Part shown: one piece after another, positions 29,518 to 39,013 of the stretch
Numbering within the stretch: the first letter of the stretch is position 1
How the letters are laid out: the number at the start of each line of letters is the position of its first letter
Assembly (NCBI GenBank): GCA_963782945.1
Contig: CAWALO010000021.1
Location: 11,156-75,155 of the forward strand
DNA from: an uncultured Bacteroidales bacterium
GTDB taxonomy: Bacteria > Bacteroidota > Bacteroidia > Bacteroidales > VadinHA17
Direction of reading: 5' to 3'
DNA length: 64,000 bases
The notes under the pieces: generated by a model
Database searches by the model: none
Seen by the model: only the letters and a program-made list of their open reading frames with translations
What the model was told of the DNA's origin: nothing
Position numbers and translations under genes: made by a program

Positions 29518-30072
29518 TCAATGCAAACTTTCCCTGTTAAGATTCGTTCTGATGAATTTTAATGCATCGGTCAACTGATTCTCCACAGTCTTATGGCTGA
29601 TCTTCAATTCTTCAGAAATCTCTTTAATACTCAGCCCCTGGAACCTGCTTTTAATAAAGATCTCTTTACGCCGGGCAGGTAATTTATTAACCAGTTCACT
29701 TACATAATTATGGAGCGAATCATAAAGGATTTTTTGAGAAGTCTGAATATCCTGTTCAGATCCTGTTCCGGTCTTGAGATAAACAGACAGATAAGCTTTG
29801 GTTCTGAAGTGCTTTCTGATAATATTAAAGCTGATTGTAAAAAGGAATGACTTAAAAGACAGTTCCTCTTTGAGATCCCTCCTCTTCTCCCATATTATTG
29901 TAAAAACTTCCTGAACTAATTCTTCTGCCTCCGGTTCGGATTTTAAATACCCAAGAGCAAAACGGTACAGACGGCCACTGTAAGCTCTGTACAAAGTATT
30001 AAACGCCAAAAGATTACCTTTTGATAAATTACGGACAAGAATTGATTCGCTTTCTATGGTGCGATCTTGCAT
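29518..30072 (-). CDS. ECF-type RNA polymerase sigma-70 factor
   Basis: 184 aa. The region 2 block is EAEELVQEVFTIIWEKR. The region 4 HTH is GLSIKEISEELKISHKTVENQLTDALKFIR. Confidence 0.85.
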   Translation of the reverse strand: MQDRTIESESILVRNLSKGNLLAFNTLYRAYSGRLYRFALGYLKSEPEAEELVQEVFTIIWEKRRDLKEELSFKSFLFTISFNIIRKHFRTKAYLSVYLKTGTGSEQDIQTSQKILYDSLHNYVSELVNKLPARRKEIFIKSRFQGLSIKEISEELKISHKTVENQLTDALKFIRTNLNRESLH

Positions 30073-30174
30073 TTACCGGAATCTTTTGTACGAAGAAATT
30101 GCTTTTCAACAAATCACATAGACAATATATTAATATTTAAGGATTAATTGACAAATAAAAAATTGTAAAAGGAA

Positions 30175-31667
30175 TTAAAATAATGACTTCAATGCCGGGT
30201 ATAACATTTTATAGGTGTTGAACTTATTATCATAATGATCCTTAAGCTTTGGTTCTACTTTAGATACCGGTTTTACCCAGTCAGCAGCTATCTTCCTTAT
30301 TTTTTCCCCCGTGGCAAGGCTTTTGCAAGCATTGCCACTCCCATACACCCTGCTTCTGTAACATCCAGTATTGTAATTGGCATTCCAATCACATCTGCCT
30401 TCAGCTGCACATGTCTCTGAGATCTTGCACCACCTCCTATCACTCTCAGTTCCTTTACCTCGTATCCCGATTCCCTTAGAATATCCAGGTTCAGCTTTAT
30501 TTCAAACGCAACACCTTCAAGCAAAGCTTTCATGATCTCTGCACGTTTAACTGACATGTCGAGTCCAAGAATAGCCCCTTTTACCGATACATCAAAATAT
30601 GGTGTGCCTGTAGGGGTGAAATATGGCAGGACAAGAAGCCTGCTAGGTTCTTCAGGCAGTTTATCAATAAGCAGTTCATATGGATCCCGGTTCATTGTCC
30701 GTGCAAGTGCCACTTCCGCCTCTCCAAACTGATCCCTGAACCACTTAAGTATATTACCTCCGGTAAGACTAAAAGCTACAGTTGCATACATGCCTGGTGC
30801 TGTATGATCGTAGGTACAAAGGTTGCTATTGCGCAGCTGATTCGTAAATACTGGTCTGTCAAAAGCAGGAGTTATGCATTCAACTGTGCCTGAGGAATAA
30901 ACTGCTATTCCTGATTCGATTGCTCCTGCGCCCAGGGCAGAACATGGCTGATCGTGACCGCCTGTTACAATAAAGGTTTTTTCAGAAAGATTCAGCTCCC
31001 TTGCAATTTTAAGTTCTGCATAACCAGCAAAGCTGCCTGACTGCATTGGCCTGGAAAGCTGTTCAACCCTTACTCCTGCCGCTCCAATGATCTCTTTATT
31101 CCATTCGTGCTTTACAACATCAAATAGCATGGTTCTGCCGGCCAGGGGCCAACCCATGGATGGCTCCATTATCCCCAGCCTGTATTGAAGAAGGTCTTCG
31201 AAACACATTATCCTGTCAGCTTTCTCCCAGATGTCAGGATTGTTTTCTTTTATCCACAGAAGCTTGAAGAGTGAAAACATAGGGTGCGGAGTATGCCCTG
31301 TAATATTGTACAGTCTCTCCTCTCCGAATTTGTCTGTCCATGGCTTTATCAACTCATTTGCCCTGATATCTGAAGAGACAAGGGCATTGCATAAAGCTTT
31401 GCCATCCCTATCAACCATAGTAAATGCCTCACCCTGGCTGGATATGCCAATCCCCATCACTGACCCGGATTTTATTCCGGAAGCAGATTCCCTTATTACG
31501 TCAAAACATTTTTTGATGACTTCGTCAGTATCAAGCTCTGCCCATCCGGGCTTTTTTGAAATAATATCATATTCACGATAAGACAATGATTGCTGATGTC
31601 CATTCTCATCAAATATCACAGCCTTGCAGCCGCTTGTGCCTATATCTATGCCAAGGTAATTACACAT
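30175..31667 (-). pseudogene. FGGY-family sugar kinase (xylulokinase/fuculokinase-like); the last ~50 codons are out of frame (shift near 30318..30330)
   Basis: ORF 30297..31667 has LGIDIGTSGCKAV and GGGARS, and ends abruptly at GVAMLAKALPRGKK. A second frame continues LATGEKIRKIAADWVKPVSKVEPKLKDHYDNKFNTYKMLYPALKSLF to a stop at 30175..30177, as expected for an FGGY C-terminus. Confidence 0.7.
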
Positions 31668-32664
31668 ACCACAAATTGAAATAATCCAGTACTATTTTCT
31701 TCATTTCACCGAAAACAATATCCTGACGGTACACTGTTGTATAATGTGAAAGAGATGCTTTGCTTGTCCTGTCGGTTCTTTCACCAAGAAGGCCCGCTTT
31801 TACCATTGCCTCAGTTTTATCCGAGCCTGTTATTTTTGAAGCATTCCTTACCATATCCTCAAAAAGCACAGGAGCACTGTTCCTCTCCAGGATTGTCCAG
31901 ATATTAACCTTTGCTATGCCATCGTTAAACAGGTTTTTTACCTGGTCATTACCGACTGACGATGTTCCGTGAAGGACCAGCTTTGTACCAGTCAGCTTAC
32001 TGATCTCCCTTGCCAGATCACCATGATATTTAAGGTCTGCAACACTGGCCCTGTGCTCTGTCCCCAGATTGGCAACAATAAAATCAGCTTTGGTCTGACT
32101 GAGATATCTTATAGCCTGCTCCGGTGTTGTCAGTTCAGGTCTGGTATCACCTGTGGCATCCACTATTTCATCGCATGCACCTTCAATGACAATCTCATGA
32201 CCGTGCTTTTCAATAAATGCCGCTGTGAGCTTTATGTTATCTTCAAATGGCAGGGCAGACGCATCATACATAATCATTGAAAACATGTTCATGTCCCACT
32301 CCAGAAGGGGCTTGTCACTGTCCCACTGTGCATGATCGAGATGGATCATCACGTTCAGATTCTCAAAAGGAGATCCTTTTCCGGTCAAAACCTCAAGATC
32401 AGCAAGGAATAGTTTCAAACCTATGTCCCACAGCCGTGTATGGGTATAATATACTGACTGGCTGCGATGACTGTACTGGTTTGTTATGCCGATAGTCACC
32501 GGAAGGTCAGGCTGACCGATTTTTTTGCTGTACTCAAATGCAGCAGACAATATCGCTTCCGTTGTTGTAAGATTTTCTGAATTAAAAGTCGGGATCACCC
32601 ATCTCTTTCGCCCGGCTTCAGCATATACATCCAGGACTTTTTTTCTGTCTAGAATAAGTGGCAT
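31660..32664 (-). CDS. class II ketose-bisphosphate aldolase family protein (FBA/tagatose-bisphosphate type)
   Basis: IPTFNSENLTTTEAILSAA, MIHLDHAQ and LVLHGTSSV match PF01116-type blocks. It overlaps the kinase start by 8 nt. Confidence 0.7.
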   Translation of the reverse strand: MPLILDRKKVLDVYAEAGRKRWVIPTFNSENLTTTEAILSAAFEYSKKIGQPDLPVTIGITNQYSHRSQSVYYTHTRLWDIGLKLFLADLEVLTGKGSPFENLNVMIHLDHAQWDSDKPLLEWDMNMFSMIMYDASALPFEDNIKLTAAFIEKHGHEIVIEGACDEIVDATGDTRPELTTPEQAIRYLSQTKADFIVANLGTEHRASVADLKYHGDLAREISKLTGTKLVLHGTSSVGNDQVKNLFNDGIAKVNIWTILERNSAPVLFEDMVRNASKITGSDKTEAMVKAGLLGERTDRTSKASLSHYTTVYRQDIVFGEMKKIVLDYFNLWYV

Positions 32665-32676
32665 GAGGTTTTTGTT

Positions 32677-34191
32677 TTATTTTTTGAATTCAATTTTAAA
32701 GCCAAGCACTTGCCATGCAGGCAGTTTAGATGGGTTTTTAATAACCAGTACATCTGCTTCCTGTGTCCATTTTACTTTAGCATCACTCCCAAGCATCTTT
32801 ATCGAAGCAACCTGACCTGACAGTTTTGAATTCTTGCCGAGGGATTTGATCCTTATTTCCTTTTCAGGAGTGCCGAGACAGTATGCGTAAAGGAATGCGT
32901 CTTTAGTCGTAAAGCGGATATCTTTTGAATTGAATTTATAGTTTTCATCAAATTGTCCGGGTTTGAAGGATTCTGCCTCAACTGAGTTCTCGCCGAATAT
33001 CTTCCAAGGCCTTGAACCATAAATCCCTTCGCCGTTTGCTGCAGTCCATCTTCCTATACCGTCAAGAATAGTAAGCATATCAGGTTCGAGATCTCCTTCC
33101 GGCGTTTGCACTACATTGAGAAGCAGGTTGCCGTTTTTGCTGACGATATCGACCAGCATCTGTACGACTTCGTTTGCTGTTTTATACTTCTGACCGGTAC
33201 GGTAATACCAGTCACCTATTGAGGTGTCGGTCTGCCATGGATAGATGCTTGTGGTATCCTTAATTCCCCTTTCTACATCTTCAACCCATTTTCCACCCGA
33301 GAATTGTTTGCATGTGTAGACCACATCTGTTCCGCTTTCATTTGCAGCTATGCCCTGATTGTAGAAATGCGCAACAAGACTTCTGCCAACTTCCCCGAAA
33401 GGCATCTGGCTGTCAGAATATAGCAGGTCAGGATGGTAATTGTCAATCAGCTCCTTAATCCTTTCAAACCATTCAATCTGAAAAATGAGATTATTTGTAA
33501 GCCATTTATTATCATCAGGCAGAGCAGCTGCATGATACAACCCGCTGTATTCTGGATTGGCACCATCATATGGAACACCTTCCTTTGGCCCCTTTGTATC
33601 GGAAAGGTGAGCCGCCTGAAACCAGGTATAGCTGGCACCCAGATGTTCAGATACTCCGAATTTCAATCCCTCCTTTCTGGCGGCCTGCTGCCAGATCCCG
33701 AGGACATCCTTTTTCGGCCCCATATTTACCGAATTCCATTTATGCAATGATGAATTCCAAAGGAAGAAGTTATCATGATGGGTTCCCATACTGACAAAAT
33801 ATTTCGCCCCTGCCTTTTTATAAAGGGCCATCAGATTTTCCGGATCCCATTTCTCAGCTTTCCATAGGGGAATAATGTCCTTGTAACCAAATACTGACGG
33901 GTGACCATAATGCTCAGCATGGTACTTATAAGCAGGATCTTTCTCAAGATACATCCTTCTGGCATACCAGTCTCCCTGGCGGGGCACAGCCTGTGGACCC
34001 CAGTGGGCCCAAATCCCGAATTTCGCATCGCGGAACCACTCCGGATACTTGAACTGGTTCAGTGATTCATCGGTAGGCTTATACGGGCCATCGGCTATGG
34101 GCAGCTTACCCATTTGCCCGTTTGCTGAAACAGAAAGCAAAATGGCATAGACGCTTGCCAGAATGAATTGTAAAAAGTTTTTGGTTTTCAT
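32677..34191 (-). CDS. GH29 alpha-L-fucosidase
   Basis: EWFRDAKFGIWAHWGPQ, GAKYFVSMGTHHDNFFLWNS, LLYSDS and GNLLLNVVQTPEGDLEPDMLTILDGIGRW are present, plus a signal peptide. Confidence 0.85.
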   Translation of the reverse strand: MKTKNFLQFILASVYAILLSVSANGQMGKLPIADGPYKPTDESLNQFKYPEWFRDAKFGIWAHWGPQAVPRQGDWYARRMYLEKDPAYKYHAEHYGHPSVFGYKDIIPLWKAEKWDPENLMALYKKAGAKYFVSMGTHHDNFFLWNSSLHKWNSVNMGPKKDVLGIWQQAARKEGLKFGVSEHLGASYTWFQAAHLSDTKGPKEGVPYDGANPEYSGLYHAAALPDDNKWLTNNLIFQIEWFERIKELIDNYHPDLLYSDSQMPFGEVGRSLVAHFYNQGIAANESGTDVVYTCKQFSGGKWVEDVERGIKDTTSIYPWQTDTSIGDWYYRTGQKYKTANEVVQMLVDIVSKNGNLLLNVVQTPEGDLEPDMLTILDGIGRWTAANGEGIYGSRPWKIFGENSVEAESFKPGQFDENYKFNSKDIRFTTKDAFLYAYCLGTPEKEIRIKSLGKNSKLSGQVASIKMLGSDAKVKWTQEADVLVIKNPSKLPAWQVLGFKIEFKK

Positions 34192-34272
34192 CTTTGAATT
34201 TTTTGGTCAGAACTGAAATTAGAGTATGCAAAAATTTGGAGATTTAAAATTAGATGTTGCCCTTTAAGTCAA

Positions 34273-34280
34273 CAAAGTTA
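34273..34280 (-). promoter_or_regulatory. Candidate Bacteroidota -7 promoter box (TAACTTTG on the minus strand) upstream of the GH29-aldolase-kinase operon
   Basis: It matches the TAnnTTTG consensus described for Bacteroides primary-sigma promoters. It lies about 85 nt upstream of the GH29 ATG. No clear -33 TTTG was seen. Confidence 0.25.
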
Positions 34281-34320
34281 AAGTTCTTAAAGATAAAAAA
34301 TAATGCTTTCATTAATGCCC

Positions 34321-34453
34321 TTAACCACGGAGTTACAGCGGAGTTTGTATAATTACACGTCTGCCAGATTACACTTGCTCATTTAACTGTCTGATAAACT
34401 CCGTGATTTGCTCTGTGTTTTACTCCGTGTAACCGTGTGACTCCGTGGTTTAA
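34321..34453. mobile_element. MITE-like 133-bp element with terminal inverted repeats TTAACCACGGAGT...ACTCCGTGGTTTAA
   Basis: The ends are reverse complements, with an 11-bp perfect AACCACGGAGT. The interior carries repeated ACTCCGTG / CGGAGT motifs. It has no coding capacity. A second copy lies at 38864..38989. Confidence 0.6.
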
Positions 34454-34491
34454 AAAAGTGTCAAAAAGATACATAACCAGATACTATTATT

Positions 34492-35346
34492 CTATTTTAT
34501 TGACCAGATGACTTCCCAGCTCAATTTTTCTCCTGGCGCAACTGAGAGATAAACTCCATCCCTGAAGGATTTTGACAGATCACTGCATGTCCCCGGTATT
34601 GGTTCGAATGCACATTCAGTACGCAGCTGCCCTCCTTCGGGGTAACCTTTGTTGTTCCACCATATCCCAAGTGTAGGAAAAAGCTTCATATCAAACCTGA
34701 TCTCTAATTTAAATCCATTGCTGAATTTTAATTTCACATATCCGTCATTAATCTCTTTTAAAATCAGCATTCCATAAGAGCCCGGCCGAAAAGCATGCAG
34801 ATATTCCCCAACCTCTGCAGAACTTTTCAATCCGGGTTCAGATGAATTGATTTCATCAAGACTTTCTGTGAATGCCGGGACCTCGATCTCCGTAATATTA
34901 TTCATCGGTAAAAGAGCATGCATCACATGAAGAAAAACAGATCTTTCCTCTGATAGTGAGGTAACTTCAAATCTCCAGATTAAACTGTTGCGTTCAAATC
35001 TGAGGATCCTTTTGAAATTCACCAGGGGATGAAGACAATCTGTTGAACATATCAGGCAGTTGCCATTTATTTCAGTGATCCATTTCTGCCAGCATAATTC
35101 ACCATGATCCCTGCACTGATATTCTCCTCCTGGACAGAGACATGGATCAACTGTCGGAAAACAATCATCATAACCATATACAGGCCTTGTTTCGTATTCT
35201 CCGTAAAACCTTTCAGGAGATCTGAAACTAACCGCAGGTGAAGAAAGCAAATCATGACCTGCATATCTCAGGGCTGCAATCCTGGACCCGTCATCAGGGA
35301 TATATTCTATATGCCAGTTATCAAAATCTGCTTTCAGTATCTCCAT
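34492..35346 (-). CDS. aldose 1-epimerase (mutarotase)-like protein
   Basis: 284 aa. The N-terminus NWHIEYIPDDGSRIAALRYAGHDLL and the later CFPTV and FEPIPG blocks resemble the galactose-mutarotase-like fold. This is a weak by-eye assignment. Confidence 0.45.
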   Translation of the reverse strand: MEILKADFDNWHIEYIPDDGSRIAALRYAGHDLLSSPAVSFRSPERFYGEYETRPVYGYDDCFPTVDPCLCPGGEYQCRDHGELCWQKWITEINGNCLICSTDCLHPLVNFKRILRFERNSLIWRFEVTSLSEERSVFLHVMHALLPMNNITEIEVPAFTESLDEINSSEPGLKSSAEVGEYLHAFRPGSYGMLILKEINDGYVKLKFSNGFKLEIRFDMKLFPTLGIWWNNKGYPEGGQLRTECAFEPIPGTCSDLSKSFRDGVYLSVAPGEKLSWEVIWSIK

Positions 35347-36728
35347 TAAAGAGCAATTGCCTTAATCCCTGTCAGTTCACAAAATGCTTTAAGCTCTTCA
35401 TAAAGGTGAGCCCCGTATCCCAGACAAGCGTATTCATTATTCCATGACTGTAACAGAGCTTCAATATCACATTCCGCCTTAACAAATCCGTGCGGCCAGA
35501 ATGGTATGCCGCACTCGAGCTTTCTCTTTTCAATTTCACTTGCCGGTGGTTGGAAGATAGTGCAACGTGTGATTACCATTTCAAATTTGCCATTGTTCCT
35601 GCCAAGCCTTGCGAGCACTCCCTCTCCAACCTTGCAAACAAGCTTAATTGATAACCCGCCGGCTTCTCCCTCTGTCGGGATCCCATGTTCTGCAAATCCT
35701 GCAGGACCGAGCTTGCTTGCCAGCGAAGGAGGACATGCTCCGTCACCAATTATCTTTATTTCATTGTTCGACTTGTCAATATGCTGCAAATCGCCATAAT
35801 ATACGGGCTCCTCACTCATATCAGTCAGACATTTTACTGTGAGTGCCGTATTGAAATCACCAAGTGTAGAGGTGCCCGTTCCGTCTTCAAGTATCATGCT
35901 CTGGGCAAAACAGGTTGCTGAGTATTCATCGCCAAGTCCAGGAAATGATTGAATGGTATAGAAATCCCAGCCATTCTTCTTAACCAGTTTTTTTAGTGCC
36001 AGATAGAGCCGTATTGACTTTTCAGCCTGCTCATTCTCCGGAATAGGCTCTGCAAAAAGTTTTTGAATTCTTTTTTTTGCATCAGAGATCTCTTTATTAG
36101 TAATCTTTTTAGCTGTATCGAGTAATTCCGATGTATCTCTTGAATCAATGTCAATACCAAAAACTTTCATCCATTGTGAAGGATCGGCTGCTCCGCATGT
36201 CTGTCCCATTCCTCTTCCTCCGAATGTTCCGATAGTGCTCATATTCAGTGAATTCTTCATGGCACTAGCCCGGCAATATGAAGTTATCTTCTCAATCTCC
36301 CCCTGATCTTCAAAACTGCCGTAAACAAACCTGTGCTTAATACCCACCTCTTTCAGGGCACCCTGCATTACGAGTCCTCCGACAGGTCTCCATCCCTGGC
36401 TTCCCGGATTGGTCCAGAGAATAATTCCTTTGCCTGTTGCAGCAAAATCCCTTATGGCTGCAATCAGATGTGCTGCCCATACCCATGTTCCTGAAAAGAG
36501 AACGACAGCATCAACATCGTTCATTTTTTTGAATTTGTCAAAGCACTCCCTGGCCTCTTTCTTTGAGGCGATAACCAGATCGTATTCAACAAGATCAACT
36601 CCGCTGGCCTTAAGAGCTTTTTTTGCTCCCGCAACAATACTGTCATCAATGAAGGGTGTGCCCATAGGATCAGGTAATCCATCCTTATGCACTCCATAAA
36701 CTATAAATCCGACTTTAGCTTTGATCAT
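35346..36728 (-). CDS. L-fucose/L-arabinose isomerase family protein
   Basis: 460 aa. It has an N-terminal KVGFIVYGVHKDG-type sugar isomerase domain and a C-terminal HGFVKAECDIEALLQSWNNEYACLGYGAHLYEELKAFCELTGI. Its stop overlaps the next start (TAATG). Confidence 0.55.
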   Translation of the reverse strand: MIKAKVGFIVYGVHKDGLPDPMGTPFIDDSIVAGAKKALKASGVDLVEYDLVIASKKEARECFDKFKKMNDVDAVVLFSGTWVWAAHLIAAIRDFAATGKGIILWTNPGSQGWRPVGGLVMQGALKEVGIKHRFVYGSFEDQGEIEKITSYCRASAMKNSLNMSTIGTFGGRGMGQTCGAADPSQWMKVFGIDIDSRDTSELLDTAKKITNKEISDAKKRIQKLFAEPIPENEQAEKSIRLYLALKKLVKKNGWDFYTIQSFPGLGDEYSATCFAQSMILEDGTGTSTLGDFNTALTVKCLTDMSEEPVYYGDLQHIDKSNNEIKIIGDGACPPSLASKLGPAGFAEHGIPTEGEAGGLSIKLVCKVGEGVLARLGRNNGKFEMVITRCTIFQPPASEIEKRKLECGIPFWPHGFVKAECDIEALLQSWNNEYACLGYGAHLYEELKAFCELTGIKAIAL

Positions 36729-36733
36729 AAATT

Positions 36734-37822
36734 TTATTTTAATGTTAAATTAATCTCATCTTTAAGAGAGGGTATGATTCTCAGGATATTTTCATTGTAG
36801 ATTTTCCGCAGGACCTCCTTTGGAAGACCGATTCCGCATATTGGCCATCTTGACCGGTCAAAAGTGCCGTCATAATCAGGGGAATAAAATGACTCATCGT
36901 ATGTCTCCAGGAACCTGAAATAGGTGCGGTACATCTCAACTGAGCTATCTATATTTGCAGGCATATCTGTACCGAAAATTATCCTGTCCTGATGTTTTAT
37001 AAAGAATTCCCTGGTAGAATAAGGCTGACGACCAAGCTCATCAATCCTTGCAGAAAAATCTATGTAAACATTTGCATTTTCATCAAGAAGCTTTGAAGTA
37101 TATTGAAGATTCTCAGCATAATTGCCAAAGTGAGGCAGTATAAATATCGTTTGAGGATGTTGCCTTACAAGTTCATCCCTTCTTTTCAGAAGTTCAATTT
37201 TTCTGGGATATTTCGGATCAGCGAAACTCCATGACGGGTATTTAATAAGCGATTCATAATGTTCATTTTCGGGTGTAACAGGTTCAAAAAAACCTGCAGG
37301 ATCCGCCTGGTGGATAAGAACCGGCATTTTCAGACGTCCTGCCTCTTCCCAAATGGGGAACAGACGTTTATCATCGCATTGAATGAGATTACCGGCAGAA
37401 TCACGGTAATGAAGGCCCAGCTCCTTAAGTATCTTCAGTCCTTTCGCCCCTTTCTGATGATGGTCATTCAATGTCTCAATACATTCTGAAGCAAACCTTT
37501 TATAGTCATCGAACAGAGGTTTCTGAACCGGTGTTGCAAAATTTGACATTGTAAAACAATAGAATCGCCCGGGATATTTAACAGAACAATTCTCAAAGAA
37601 TTCTGAAATATCACCCGGTTGTATCAGATATCCTCCACCTGCAAATTCAATGCGAACATTTCCTGTAAGATCGCAATAACTTACCACCCCAACCTCATCA
37701 AGAGTTTTTACAACCCTCTCTACCTGCCAGTTGCCCCATAGATGATTATGAGCATCAATCGCGGGGAATGCAGGTTTTTCGATATTTGTCTGGTCGTGAA
37801 CCAGGTAATTCATTTTTGCCAT
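36734..37822 (-). CDS. amidohydrolase-2 (PF04909-like) metal-dependent hydrolase, possible sugar lactonase
   Basis: AIDAHNHLWGNW is an HxH metal motif. VLIHQADP, FILPHFG and IIFGTDMP are also present. Confidence 0.6.
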   Translation of the reverse strand: MAKMNYLVHDQTNIEKPAFPAIDAHNHLWGNWQVERVVKTLDEVGVVSYCDLTGNVRIEFAGGGYLIQPGDISEFFENCSVKYPGRFYCFTMSNFATPVQKPLFDDYKRFASECIETLNDHHQKGAKGLKILKELGLHYRDSAGNLIQCDDKRLFPIWEEAGRLKMPVLIHQADPAGFFEPVTPENEHYESLIKYPSWSFADPKYPRKIELLKRRDELVRQHPQTIFILPHFGNYAENLQYTSKLLDENANVYIDFSARIDELGRQPYSTREFFIKHQDRIIFGTDMPANIDSSVEMYRTYFRFLETYDESFYSPDYDGTFDRSRWPICGIGLPKEVLRKIYNENILRIIPSLKDEINLTLK

Positions 37823-37919
37823 TGACTGTTTTTCCTAAAATTATTAAATATTCATTCCCAATGACAAATTAAGTTCATAATATACATCAAAGGTACCTCC
37901 ACAATTAGAATTTTTATGA

Positions 37920-37927
37920 TAGTTTTG
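37920..37927 (+). promoter_or_regulatory. Candidate Bacteroidota -7 promoter box TAGTTTTG upstream of the AraC-family gene
   Basis: It matches TAnnTTTG and lies 26 nt upstream of the ATG at 37953. Confidence 0.3.
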
Positions 37928-37952
37928 TATTTATAAATAACACAATATTGAC

Positions 37953-38807
37953 ATGTTACCCAATCTCGAAAAAGTTGATGCCAACATCAACCATTCTTTC
38001 CAGGTTAATCATTTGAAGGTTGATTACTTTCCATCTCTCCGCCATTTTCATCCCGAGGTTGAAATATTGCTCGTAGTTCTGGGGACAGGTACTCGTTATG
38101 TAGGAGATTCAGTGGAGTCTTTTGCCCCCGGCGACCTTGTGATGATAGGGCCGAACGTATCACATGAATGGTCTAGTGAAAAGAAATCAGATGCCGGAAT
38201 ATCTGAAGCAATATATATCCTTTTCAACCCTGAAATACTGGGAAGTGTTTTCTGGAATCTTCCGGAGTCAAAAATCATCTTAAAGATTATACAACAATCC
38301 GAAAGGGGAATAAGGCTGACAGGCAAGACGCGCGATGATGTTGCATATCTGATGAAACGGATAGACACCTCCTACGGCTTTACCAGAATAACATTGCTGA
38401 TGACGATCCTGGAGTTGATAGCCTTTAATGGGGAATATCAATATCTGGCTACTCCTGTGGTTCAAAATACAATTAATGAGCGCGACAGTGAAAGGCTCAA
38501 TAAGGTTTACAGATATGTACTGGATAATTGCTATCAGGAGATAAGTCTTGAAAAAGCTTCATCCATTGCCAATCTCTCCAAACCGGCCTTCTGCAGGTAT
38601 TTCAAAAAGAGGGCAAATAAAACCTTTGTCAGATTTTTGAATGAGATCAGGGTCGGACAAGCCTGCCGGCTGCTGGTGAATGAAAATCAATCAATTGCAG
38701 ACATATGCTATACCTGCGGTTATAATAATATATCCTATTTCATAAGGCAGTTCAGGGCAATTACAGGTTTCACGCCTCTCGGGTACCGTAAAAAATTTGC
38801 TGATTGA
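37953..38807 (+). CDS. AraC-family transcriptional regulator (cupin sensor plus HTH)
   Basis: The C-terminus SLEKASSIANLSKPAFCRYFKK...IADICYTCGYNNISYFIRQFRAITGFTPLGYRKKF is a double HTH. The N-terminus has cupin-like HFHPEVEILLVV. Confidence 0.85.
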   Translation: MLPNLEKVDANINHSFQVNHLKVDYFPSLRHFHPEVEILLVVLGTGTRYVGDSVESFAPGDLVMIGPNVSHEWSSEKKSDAGISEAIYILFNPEILGSVFWNLPESKIILKIIQQSERGIRLTGKTRDDVAYLMKRIDTSYGFTRITLLMTILELIAFNGEYQYLATPVVQNTINERDSERLNKVYRYVLDNCYQEISLEKASSIANLSKPAFCRYFKKRANKTFVRFLNEIRVGQACRLLVNENQSIADICYTCGYNNISYFIRQFRAITGFTPLGYRKKFAD

Positions 38808-38863
38808 AGAGATAAATAAAGGGGAATTCCCTAAGTGTAGGTGAATTTACAATTTTCATTTTT

Positions 38864-38989
38864 TTAACCACGGAGTTACTCTGAGTTTTCACGGAGTAAC
38901 ACTGTTGTGTCAGTAGCTAATGAGTTAAAGTTTAACTTAATAGAACTCCGTGAATTACTCCGTGTCACTCCGTGGAACTCCGTGGTTAA
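38864..38989. mobile_element. MITE-like 126-bp element, second copy, with 14-bp perfect TIRs TTAACCACGGAGTT...AACTCCGTGGTTAA
   Basis: It has the same termini and the same internal ACTCCGTG motif family as 34321..34453. It is bounded by TTAA at both ends. Confidence 0.6.
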
Positions 38990-39013
38990 TTTCGAATTAA
39001 CTAATAACAAATA

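Noticed and set aside
34321-38989. The repeated ACTCCGTG / CACGGAGT motifs as a CRISPR array or other regularly spaced array.
   Set aside because: The motifs are 8-11 nt, irregularly spaced and confined to two ~130-bp TIR-bounded units 4.4 kb apart. There is no repeat-spacer periodicity and there are no cas genes.
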